Virus record (IMG/VR): IMGVR_UViG_3300031993_000004
Span: 32,001 to 96,000 of that record
Source: a virus
Lineage: Duplodnaviria; Caudoviricetes
Length of the DNA: 64,000 bases
Strand: one strand, 5' to 3'
Of the stretch, positions 20,671-30,000 are shown in pieces. The notes beneath the pieces are model-generated. The model did not search any database and was not told where the DNA came from. It saw nothing but the letters and a program-made list of their open reading frames with translations. Both the position numbers and the translations under genes were made by a program. The stretch's first letter is position 1; the number at the start of each line of letters is the position of its first letter.

Positions 20671-22041
20671 ATGGCGACCAAGAAAAAGCAGACTCTACTG
20701 GACGAGGATCTGGCATCAACGCTAGATTTTATGACAATCATCTCAAATGGTGGTACGTCCAGAGTGTTCTCCAAGAATACGCTGATCGATTACTCGTATT
20801 CAACTGGCATTCCGATCATCGATTATGCACTCGGATATGAAGTAAACGTATATGATGGGGATCGTTTCGTAAAGAAACGCACATGTCTGGGTCTTCAGGC
20901 CGGCTCTTTTAATGTTGTCACTGGACGCACACAAGCGTACAAGACAACCATCTGTATCAAGATCATCGCAGAAATCGCGTACAAGTATGGTGGAAACATT
21001 GTACACTATGATGCGGAACAGAGACTTGTTCTGCAACGTGCAAAGAATCTCTCGAAGCTTCCTGGTGACTGGTTCACTGGGGATTATCCAAGATATTCTC
21101 TGCGATCTGGCGCAATCGGATTCGATACACTTCAGAATGATATTGCAGAGATCTATTCTGCAAAGATGCAGAATAAACAATATCTGCTCCAGGATACAGG
21201 AGAGGTTGACGATCAGAATCGTCCCATCAAGCTGATGCCACCGACTGTTGTGTTCTTGGACTCTTTGCAGGATGTCATTGAGAAAGAATACAATGTTGAC
21301 GACAAGAAGTGGGTCGAGGATTCCAAGGAACTTCGTGGCAATATGTACGGCGCACAGTCCGCGAAGACCATCCGAGGTTTGCTGACTGACATTCTTCCGA
21401 TGCTGAAAGAAGCGAACATCATTCTGATCGCAATTGCGCACAAGACATCCAATATGTCTCTCAATCCGTTTGCTGGTGTCAAAAAGCAATTCCAGTATGG
21501 TTCTAATGATGAGAGAATCTCTGGTGGTTCCGCAGTTGAGTTCAACGCATCTTCTGTTATGAACTTCTCTGGTCTGGTATCTGAAGATTCTCGTTATCAT
21601 GAATCGACAGATGGATTTGAGGGTAACACCGTTCTGTTTGAACCGACAAAGTGTTCGACGAATGAATCAGGTAATGTCAAGACAGGTCTTGGCTTCAACA
21701 TCATTATTGATAAACGCAGAGAAGGTGTTGACAATATTCGGACACTGATCGAGTATCTCAAACAGAAAGGACGTCTGAAAGGAAACAAAGCCGGCTATCG
21801 TGTCACCGACACAAATGGTGAACCGATTTCCGATAAGTTTACATGGAAGACATGTCACGATGATTTCAAGGCAGACCCGCATATGTACAGAACATTCATG
21901 TTGACTGCTCGTGAAGAGCTTGAGAAACTGATCGCAAAGGCTCCTGTTGATGTTATGGGAACAATTAAACCGTTCTCAATGGATGACATCATCGATGATC
22001 TGGCTGTTTCTGTTGATGCGGAAATGGCATCGGCAAAATGA
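20671..22041 (+). CDS. uvsX: UvsX/RecA-like recombinase, jumbo-phage type
   Basis: YSTGIPIIDYALG; Walker A variant GRTQAYKT (aromatic before Lys as in T4 UvsX GPSKSFKS); YDAE; Walker B VVFLDSL; SGGSAVEF. Confidence 0.85.
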   Translation: MATKKKQTLLDEDLASTLDFMTIISNGGTSRVFSKNTLIDYSYSTGIPIIDYALGYEVNVYDGDRFVKKRTCLGLQAGSFNVVTGRTQAYKTTICIKIIAEIAYKYGGNIVHYDAEQRLVLQRAKNLSKLPGDWFTGDYPRYSLRSGAIGFDTLQNDIAEIYSAKMQNKQYLLQDTGEVDDQNRPIKLMPPTVVFLDSLQDVIEKEYNVDDKKWVEDSKELRGNMYGAQSAKTIRGLLTDILPMLKEANIILIAIAHKTSNMSLNPFAGVKKQFQYGSNDERISGGSAVEFNASSVMNFSGLVSEDSRYHESTDGFEGNTVLFEPTKCSTNESGNVKTGLGFNIIIDKRREGVDNIRTLIEYLKQKGRLKGNKAGYRVTDTNGEPISDKFTWKTCHDDFKADPHMYRTFMLTAREELEKLIAKAPVDVMGTIKPFSMDDIIDDLAVSVDAEMASAK

Positions 22042-22083
22042 GTTTTGCTTTTGTTGCATACAAAAAATGCATGATTTTGAGGA

Positions 22084-22122
22084 TAAATTGGGGCGCATTT
22101 GCGCCCCAATTTGTTCTTTTTT
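22084..22122. terminator. terminator between convergent gene blocks
   Basis: AAATTGGGGCGCA-TT-TGCGCCCCAATTT followed by a T tract. Confidence 0.75.
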
Positions 22123-22275
22123 ACAAAAAAAAGAGAGATCGATGTTTGGGATGGATGCGGGTGGGAACCCGCGAACATCAATCTCTCTTCAGTGAAACAA
22201 TATGCAGCTCAGTAGATCTATCTACGGTGCTCTAATCATTCTTACACCTCCTTTCACACGTAACGATTGCGGGGT

Positions 22276-22608
22276 TTAATCCACAATCGTTATGTAGTTT
22301 TCCTCTAGACGGTTAACACCTAACTCATCGACCTCGGTATGATAGCCGAGGTCGGCCAACTTTATTGTTTTTATGTCAGGATGCTCTGTAATGTATTCTT
22401 TGATCAGCTCGGAGAGCTGTCTTTTGATTTTCCTCTCTCTCCTTTTCTGGAGATAGATCAGAATTTTTGTCGGTTCGATCGGCCGACGACGACCATTGTT
22501 GCGCTTGTTAAGCGCTGTAGAAATGATATGAATCACGGCCACAATTGTGGCGCCAATAATGGCGCCAATCATAAATCTTTGAATGATTGTTGTATCAAAC
22601 ATGTTCAT
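22276..22608 (-). CDS. membrane protein
   Basis: TM helix; GGGAGG RBS. Confidence 0.65.
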   Translation of the reverse strand: MNMFDTTIIQRFMIGAIIGATIVAVIHIISTALNKRNNGRRRPIEPTKILIYLQKRRERKIKRQLSELIKEYITEHPDIKTIKLADLGYHTEVDELGVNRLEENYITIVD

Positions 22609-22815
22609 TGCCTCCCTTAATTTCTCGGCAGTATCCTGTCAAGGATACTTACACAAACGGATACCAGCATGGCCATGATCATGGCCGTGCCGGCGAGTTT
22701 ATAGTCTTTTATTTTTGCTTTAGGTCTTTTCATAGATTGTTTCCTCACTTTCCGACCATTACAGGTCTATATTTCATTATAAATATATACATACGAAAAT
22801 GCGGAATCTTATCAG

Positions 22816-22845
22816 AAAAAACGGGCGATTGTTCGCCCGTTTTTT
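22816..22845 (-). terminator. intrinsic terminator
   Basis: AAAAAACGGGCGA-TTGT-TCGCCCGTTTTTT. Confidence 0.75.
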
Positions 22846-23264
22846 CACTCTTCTTCGACCGACGCTGTATCTGCCGGAATGATACCGCAACAGTCCGCCG
22901 CGAATCGTATTGCTTCGATAATCCTACCGCAGCATACCATTCCACAAATAATCATTTGTCCACCTGTCTCCATATCCGGGTTCACCGACTCATAATTGTC
23001 GGCGACTGCCAGAGACTCGATTGCTGTGGCCGTATCAATCAGCTCGACGCAGCCAAGAAGCTCGTTGATAATGGCCTCAGCGGGATCTGGCGCTGCCAGC
23101 AGATACTCGGCCTTTTGCACACCAAATACATAGTATGCAAGTTTGACAGCAGCTTCCTTCGTCTCACGATTAGTGCTGTCTGCAGAAGCCAGAATGCAGA
23201 TAGTCATCGCAGCATTCTCGAAGTCATTCGAGAATACCTTTCGTCCATTGATCAATCTTTTCAT
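22845..23264 (-). CDS. hypothetical protein
   Basis: ORF with GAGG RBS, ending at the terminator. Confidence 0.65.
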   Translation of the reverse strand: MKRLINGRKVFSNDFENAAMTICILASADSTNRETKEAAVKLAYYVFGVQKAEYLLAAPDPAEAIINELLGCVELIDTATAIESLAVADNYESVNPDMETGGQMIICGMVCCGRIIEAIRFAADCCGIIPADTASVEEE

Positions 23265-23291
23265 AGATTTCCTCGCTTTCCGGAGTCGGGT

Positions 23292-23492
23292 TTAGTCCCC
23301 CGTGTAATTCCACAGAGAACCATAAAACTTTCTGATGTACTCATACTCTGCTTGAGTAATGAGTCCATCTGACAGCGCGTGCCCAAAGGCATCGCAACGG
23401 GACATCTGCACAGGAACGCTATTGTATTTCCTTTCGAAGGTGATATACATCCTGTGGATGTCATATTCTGTTGGCATGGAAAGTTCATTCAT
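23292..23492 (-). CDS. hypothetical protein
   Basis: ATGA overlap within operon. Confidence 0.6.
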   Translation of the reverse strand: MNELSMPTEYDIHRMYITFERKYNSVPVQMSRCDAFGHALSDGLITQAEYEYIRKFYGSLWNYTGD

Positions 23493-23896
23493 TTGAAATC
23501 ACGCTCCCATCCTCCAACATAACTGAGGAGATGCTCCAAGTCCTTGAGCTTCTTCTCATGCTCATTGAGCATTGACACAAGGTCGAAATAATTTTCGGTA
23601 CAATCTGTCAATTCGTAGACTGCCTTTCGGCAGGCCATATCCGCTTTATCAACGGATGCGAACCTCCCGAGTACAGCTTTCGCTGTGTCAATAAATTCCC
23701 GCTCAATGCTCATCGCCATGTTGAGTTTTCCGGCAAGATTACGGGCATCGTGCCGGATGGACTCTTCGAGTCCTCTGATTTCATTTATGCTTGCCATAGT
23801 GGTCCTCACTTTCTGCTCCGATAGGAGCTCGCGACGGCGTTTGATCATTACGCCGTCTATGTTTGTATTCTGAAGGTTGATATTATCTTCCTTCAT
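23489..23896 (-). CDS. coiled-coil hypothetical protein (true start probably downstream)
   Basis: ORF directly after the promoter motif. Confidence 0.6.
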   Translation of the reverse strand: MKEDNINLQNTNIDGVMIKRRRELLSEQKVRTTMASINEIRGLEESIRHDARNLAGKLNMAMSIEREFIDTAKAVLGRFASVDKADMACRKAVYELTDCTENYFDLVSMLNEHEKKLKDLEHLLSYVGGWERDFK

Positions 23897-23918
23897 AATA
23901 ATAATATATATACAGAAA
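23895..23918 (-). promoter_or_regulatory. putative early promoter motif
   Basis: Reverse strand reads TTTCTGTATATATATTATTATTAT. Confidence 0.55.
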
Positions 23919-23940
23919 TCGTGTTTCTAAGAAAAAACGA

Positions 23941-23968
23941 ATTGGGTGGGGCTTGCCCCACCCATATT
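23941..23968 (-). terminator. hairpin after the ligase gene
   Basis: TGGGTGGGG-CTTG-CCCCACCCA with an A run on the + strand upstream. Confidence 0.7.
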
Positions 23969-23971
23969 CAT

Positions 23972-25909
23972 TCAAAACGGTTGAAACAGAAAGTACGGAA
24001 CCATATCCCGTGTATAAATCGGAATATTCAGTTCTTTTGCTTTCATTACTTTTTCGGACATGTAATCATTATCAGGAACAATAAGACCTTGAATAGTCTT
24101 TGCGAACCCACCGATTTCCCAGCCGTTTTCTTCAAGCTGTGATTCGAGTTGTTTATCACGGAATCCTGTGAAGCACAACCTTCCCTTTTTCGTGATAAAC
24201 TTCGGAAGCGGCGGTTTCAGTTTATCCGGTACCCATTCCATGAGATATTGGATTTCGTCCTTGTTTCGCAGATAACCTGACACAATACGTTGGATTTTAC
24301 CCTCACCAACATTCGGAATATATCCATGCATCATGATAAAATAATCGAGTGTCCCATCTTTCAGAACTTTGATGATGTTATCATATCCACAGGCATCGAT
24401 GATTTGTTTCCAGGTCTTCTCATCCGTGTCATTAAATGGCAATGCTCCAAGGAAACGTTCCAGAGTTGCTTCAGACAATGCTTTGTCAACGCTAGCAACC
24501 ATATTGTCATATGATGTATATCCGAATCCAGGTGTTTGTGCAATGCAGTCATCCCATTTCCGTAGATCATACAAATCTGAGATGCATGTCACAAATTCGT
24601 TGTCATACAGCTTCGTGATGACTCCTTCGCCGAGACCAACCATTCGCATCTTTTCAGCATGACGGATGATAGAACCCAGCTTCAGACCTTTACAATTTGG
24701 ATTCTGACAACGAACGATCGTCGAACTCAAATAATCCAACGGTGCACCGCAAATCGGACATTTATCGGGTAACGGGATAGGATAATCACCATCATGATAT
24801 GAGTCAATGAAATATGGCACGATGTTGTACATAATCCGCACAGTATCATTATGTCGGAGATTCATTTCTTGCACACGCTTCAGTGTAGACAATGTCACAT
24901 GATCTACTGACACATTTCCGAATTTCACGGGTGGATTCAGAATCGCCACAGGTGTGATACGTCCTTGTTTACCAAACTGAAATTGAATGGTTTCAAGTTT
25001 TGCTTCTTGAATATCTTTCAGAATCTTGATTGCAATTTCCAGATTCGGATTTACATATAACGGCATTGTGACATTCCGATCACCAATAACACCATCCGCG
25101 AGAACCGATACAACAACACCATCAACAGAATATGTTCCATCCAATCCGAAATTGTCCATATAATGCGTCGCCCCATGTGTCAGCAACTCATCAATGGTTG
25201 TCTGTATGGAACCATATTGAAGTGCTCCGGTCCAACCAGAACGGATCCGTCCAACATAACTTGGAAGAGCATTCGGAAGATACTGTTTTCCGTTCATATA
25301 TCCGCGTAATGGAATCAGCGAAATCAGTTTTGAAATATTCGGATCACGCAGTTTGAAGTTTGCCGTAACAGCATCTCTTGGACGTGTATAACGTTGATTC
25401 AATCCGGACATAATGAATTTCTCGTGTGACATGATCGCTTCGAATTTGATTGAATCGGATTTGTCATAATATCCCCATAAGACTTCATTCAAAACCCAAT
25501 CCACTCTGTCTTCAAAGATTTCGGTTACGTCCATCGAAGTGCCGTCATCAACGTCACCACGCGTAAAAAATCTTTTTGTCTTGACATCAAATGCCACAGA
25601 ACAACCATCGAACTTCGGTTGAACTGCAACCGTGTGATTATCTGTCAGATGATTCTTTTCCGTCCATGCTTTATATGTCAACAAACCATCGCGCCACGGT
25701 TCAATGACACCGTATGCTTTTGGTAACGTACCCACGATATCATTTACAGATGAAGATTGTTTTTGTCTCATGAACGGACGATTCTTTTCTCCATGCTCTT
25801 TCAAATATTCTTCGAGAAGCATGTCATACTCTTCATCTGATATCAAAGGTTGGCCGTTTTGATATGCTCGAATATATTCATCAAGCTGTTCTTTTGTGAT
25901 TGCCATCAT
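23972..25909 (-). CDS. ligA: NAD-dependent DNA ligase
   Basis: ISDEEYD (domain Ia), KFDG adenylation motif, TRGD, DGVV, GRITPVA OB fold, CPICG..CQNPNC Zn finger, HhH and C-terminal BRCT (CFTGFRD). Confidence 0.95.
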   Translation of the reverse strand: MMAITKEQLDEYIRAYQNGQPLISDEEYDMLLEEYLKEHGEKNRPFMRQKQSSSVNDIVGTLPKAYGVIEPWRDGLLTYKAWTEKNHLTDNHTVAVQPKFDGCSVAFDVKTKRFFTRGDVDDGTSMDVTEIFEDRVDWVLNEVLWGYYDKSDSIKFEAIMSHEKFIMSGLNQRYTRPRDAVTANFKLRDPNISKLISLIPLRGYMNGKQYLPNALPSYVGRIRSGWTGALQYGSIQTTIDELLTHGATHYMDNFGLDGTYSVDGVVVSVLADGVIGDRNVTMPLYVNPNLEIAIKILKDIQEAKLETIQFQFGKQGRITPVAILNPPVKFGNVSVDHVTLSTLKRVQEMNLRHNDTVRIMYNIVPYFIDSYHDGDYPIPLPDKCPICGAPLDYLSSTIVRCQNPNCKGLKLGSIIRHAEKMRMVGLGEGVITKLYDNEFVTCISDLYDLRKWDDCIAQTPGFGYTSYDNMVASVDKALSEATLERFLGALPFNDTDEKTWKQIIDACGYDNIIKVLKDGTLDYFIMMHGYIPNVGEGKIQRIVSGYLRNKDEIQYLMEWVPDKLKPPLPKFITKKGRLCFTGFRDKQLESQLEENGWEIGGFAKTIQGLIVPDNDYMSEKVMKAKELNIPIYTRDMVPYFLFQPF

Positions 25910-26184
25910 TTGTCTCCTTTTTTAGGTTTCGGGTCACGCAATGTAGTTCCCCATTTCGCAAATTTTCGAATGTTTTTTCTTGTGGGTTTTAACCAATCAA
26001 TGCCACACTCGTGCGATGAGAAGAATATCCAGCAGATTTCGAGATGGCGTGCCGAACATGTGATTTCACCATGCTTTGCCAACCATACTGCAATCTTCCA
26101 CAAATCATGCGGATGATTTGAAAATTCCATAAGATTCGGAATCAGAAATTCTTCCGGCAGCGTAAACTTTCTACCCCATAACAT
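25906..26184 (-). CDS. hypothetical protein, paralog of the C-terminus of 26188-26676
   Basis: WLAKHGEI..ARHLEICW..W.KP..FAKW versus WLREYGEL..ARLARYW..W.DP..FAEW. Confidence 0.6.
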   Translation of the reverse strand: MLWGRKFTLPEEFLIPNLMEFSNHPHDLWKIAVWLAKHGEITCSARHLEICWIFFSSHECGIDWLKPTRKNIRKFAKWGTTLRDPKPKKGDK

Positions 26185-26187
26185 TTC

Positions 26188-26676
26188 TCACAACTCCTTT
26201 TCTGAGAGCCATTCCGCGAAATCTTGCATATCGCTTTTGTCAGGGTCTCTCCATTCATAAATACCGCGATCACACAGATAATCATCCCAGTATCGGGCCA
26301 ATCTCGCCGGACCAATATTCAATTCGCCATATTCTCGAAGCCATTTCATCATCTTGTCACACGCTTTCACGGCGAATGCATATCGTGTTCCACAGAGTTC
26401 GTGATACGATTCAGGGAACAGTGTGAATGCGGTCTTTGGCTTTTTATTAGCCTTTTCCGTTTTGATCTGTTCAACATCTTTTCGCACAGGTTGAATCATA
26501 TCATCAATGCAATTCAGACCTGTCAATATCAGATGACAATATCGATTGATATTTTCCTTCGAAATATTGAGTGCTTTGATTTCACGAATTTTTTCCATAA
26601 CAAGATTCGTGTATTCATCTTGATTGTCACAGTCATCATTGCGTGCACCCATTGGGCCACCATATACACTTGACAT
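26188..26676 (-). CDS. hypothetical protein
   Basis: AAAGGAG RBS. Confidence 0.7.
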   Translation of the reverse strand: MSSVYGGPMGARNDDCDNQDEYTNLVMEKIREIKALNISKENINRYCHLILTGLNCIDDMIQPVRKDVEQIKTEKANKKPKTAFTLFPESYHELCGTRYAFAVKACDKMMKWLREYGELNIGPARLARYWDDYLCDRGIYEWRDPDKSDMQDFAEWLSEKEL

Positions 26677-26710
26677 TTACATTCTCCTTTCAAAATAAAA
26701 AGTTATGAGG

Positions 26711-26734
26711 AAGTGGGGGCTTTCGCCCCCACTT
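26711..26734 (-). terminator. hairpin, probable terminator
   Basis: AAGTGGGGGC-TTTC-GCCCCCACTT. Confidence 0.65.
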
Positions 26735-26739
26735 ATAAC

Positions 26740-27015
26740 TCATAAACCAAACGCTTTCGGTCCGATAATCTCGTTTGCTTTTGGCTCTGTGGTATTTGCT
26801 GTACAGAACTGAGAGAACGGAGACATCGGATCAACCTGGGGACCTTCTTCATCCTGGAATATGACCGGGAATGGTTGCCCAGTCCCGACCGGAAGTAAAC
26901 CTTTTTCCATATCTCGCAAGATTGATGCGAAATCGGAAGTTCCTTTGTATGCATGATACGGGGTCATCTCATGACCTCGACTTGCATCCCTGGCTGATAC
27001 AAGTATATTTGACAT
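26740..27015 (-). CDS. hypothetical protein
   Basis: GAAAGGAGG RBS. Confidence 0.6.
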   Translation of the reverse strand: MSNILVSARDASRGHEMTPYHAYKGTSDFASILRDMEKGLLPVGTGQPFPVIFQDEEGPQVDPMSPFSQFCTANTTEPKANEIIGPKAFGL

Positions 27016-27072
27016 GTATCATCCCTCCTTTCGTACCAATCATATATGTCTGCAAGAAAGAAAAATCTGGGT

Positions 27073-30000
27073 TTATACGCTGAATCTAGAAGGTCTCTGT
27101 TGCGGGGTCGATTCAGGCGTGCTGTAGAACTTGTTATACGTCTCGTTCTTAGTCTTTGCAGTCTGATCGTTCTCGATACGAGCGGCATCAGACTCCTCAG
27201 TCTTCTTCAGCAGTTCCTGATTCATACCCATGATCTGGTTGATATCATATTGCATTGCGGAAATCCACGCTTTGCAGGTCTTCACAACCGTAGTCAGAAT
27301 CTTAACACCCTTGTCATAGCGCTTCTGATCCGTGTAGTAGATAGAATCAGATTGTTGCGTCATTGCATCCATGCCAATCAGAACACTGTTGACATATTGC
27401 ATGAAGCGAGACCATCTGTCGCATCTGATACGGATTTCGTTCAGAGTGTTATTGCTCTTTCCAGCTTGGTTTGTCGTGTCTGAATAACCGAACAACGCCT
27501 GTGATACACGTTGTTCAGTATCAGAGTCTTGCGGCACAACGAATGCAGACTTGACGAGATGAGCACCTGCCAGAAGTTCTGCACCACGCTCCATATTTCC
27601 GCGAATATCCAGCTTCGGATCTCTCGGAAGAGACGTGACATCTGCAGGAATATTGTCGTTGTTCAGTTTGATGTGCAGGTATTGTGCACAAGCCTCGACG
27701 GTATCATACGCAAGTGCGAGTAACGTATCGAGATGTTCATCAACATAGGAAGACTCCGGGAAGTTCAGATTGATGAAATAGAAGAAATACTTCTGCTCGA
27801 AGATTCCCTGCATGCCGTACTGCTGAATGAAACGCTTGATTGACCGAGAATGATTTCTGATTCTGTTACAGAATTCGACAAACTTTCGAATGAGTGTCAT
27901 TAGTGTTTTGATGACAAATCCGATTGCGGAACGGAGCAGCTGAATGGGTCCACGTCTGTTTGCTTTTGACAACGGATGCTTCTCTGATTTCGCCGCCGTA
28001 GAATCATACACGGCTTCCTGCATCAAACAGCTCTCGACAAATACATCAACGGCTTTGTCAACGTCTTCTGGTGATGAGTTGCCGGATTCCAGAATGATTT
28101 CTGTACTCTGATACATTGCGTCAAACATCATAAGTGCAGATTCCAGCGTCTGGACGTCTTCCTTGAGAGAAGCAATCTCTTCACCATCATCACTGATGGA
28201 AATGGAACCGCGGATATGGCACTTATCGATTGCAGTTTGCATAGCGGTCTCTTCGTCCATACCCATTTCAAGGAGTTCCTGATATTCGGATTTGACATCC
28301 GGATCCTTCGGTTCGTACTTTTCACCGGTGAGTTCGCACTTTGCATACAGAAGTTGCTCCATATGGAAACGTTCTTCATTTGCAATGTCTGCATACAGCC
28401 GGCGGAGAACATCGACGTTGGTTTCCTTAGCTCCGTCCATGTATTCGTTCATTGCATCGGCTTCGGAAGCCATCAGCTTCATCAGAATGGTGACTTCTTT
28501 CTGATCGTAATCGTTCTGCATGTCGGATGTATCCTTGCCGAATTGACCGAGGTCAACATTGTCGGCATCGAGATTCTCATCCGGTTGTTCGACAGCAGCT
28601 TTATCTGCAGCGGACATCCGATCCTTCAGATAACCTGGAATCTCTTCCAACTCAGGCGGGGTCTTTTCAGTGTCCCATCTGCTCGGCATCGAAGTTGATG
28701 GAGTTTCATTATCATCCCCGGCATCGTCATCTTTTGGCTCGTTGTCCTCAGACTCATCATCCCACTCAACATCGTCGAGCGGTGTCTCTTCGACGGAGAT
28801 GGATTCTTCTGTTTCGTCACCGTTCTCTTCGTCATCGAGGTCCAGATCACCGATTGTGATATCTTCCATATCTTCGGTTTCGGACAGGTTCTCTGCTTTC
28901 TTGGACTCGGTAATCATCAGATCTTCTGTCTGATCCATTCGATATCCCTCCTTGGTTAACATTGTTTTCTTGGCCTCACCATCATAGACCATTTTGCATT
29001 TGGTCATAATCCATTTGCAGAAGTCATCTGCTGGTGTACCATAATCGATTTTGGCATCCGTGTAATCCCACACTCCGTAATTGAGATCCTGGTTGTCATA
29101 CTCTGCAGAAACTTCTGCGACGTATTTGAAGATCTCTTCCAGAGAATCAAAAGTCTTTTGACGCTCGTAACCCCATTCATCAACAACACGTTTGAATGCT
29201 TGTTCGAGATAAATGAATTTACCATTTAATGGAACGACACATATTGTATGGGTGTTTATAATGGTTTTTCCGTCAGTTTTGGTAAAGTTCATGAAGTATT
29301 TTTTGTATGGTACCCCGAATGCTTCGAGATATCCAGCTTCATATTCAACCATATCCCAACAGTTACCGCCACCGGCTTCATCAACTTCTTGACTTGAATG
29401 GAATACCCAATGCTTCTGATAATCCGCTTCGGATACATTACCTGTTTGCAACCTGCCATCTTTGATCAAACCGTACTTGAACTTCTTCATGTCGATGCAG
29501 AGATCAGAGATAACACGTTCTGGTGAATAATCAAACTTTGTACCCTTCTCAAGTACTTTCGGTTTGACAACCCAATGCCATTTATATGTGAAATAATTAC
29601 GGTCATCTTTTTGACCTTTAGCCGTTGGAACGACAGCTTTTCGTTTCACATTGGATACTTGGTCAACTTTAATTACACCGTACAGTTTCAGCCGCACGGG
29701 TTCCATGATCCATACTTCGCGTGTAACATTTGCATCATAGACGAGTTTCTCGTTAACGAGTTCTTTTGTCGTTTTATGCTTGTATTCCTTCCATGGTTTT
29801 TCAGGAATATAAACATACATCTTGTCGAATTGGTCTGGATTCTGTCTCGGAAGATTCACAGTGATGCCATTCAACGCACCTTCGATAGACGTCGAGAAAC
29901 AAACGCGTGGAGTTGTGTTATCTTCAAATCCGGTTTCTTCGGGATTATATGGATCCAAATAGTCTGGAACACGCGGTTTCCATACTTGACCATCGTTATG

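Noticed and set aside
22587-23372. 261-aa + strand ORF
   Set aside because: It crosses a terminator, a promoter motif and RBS-supported - strand genes
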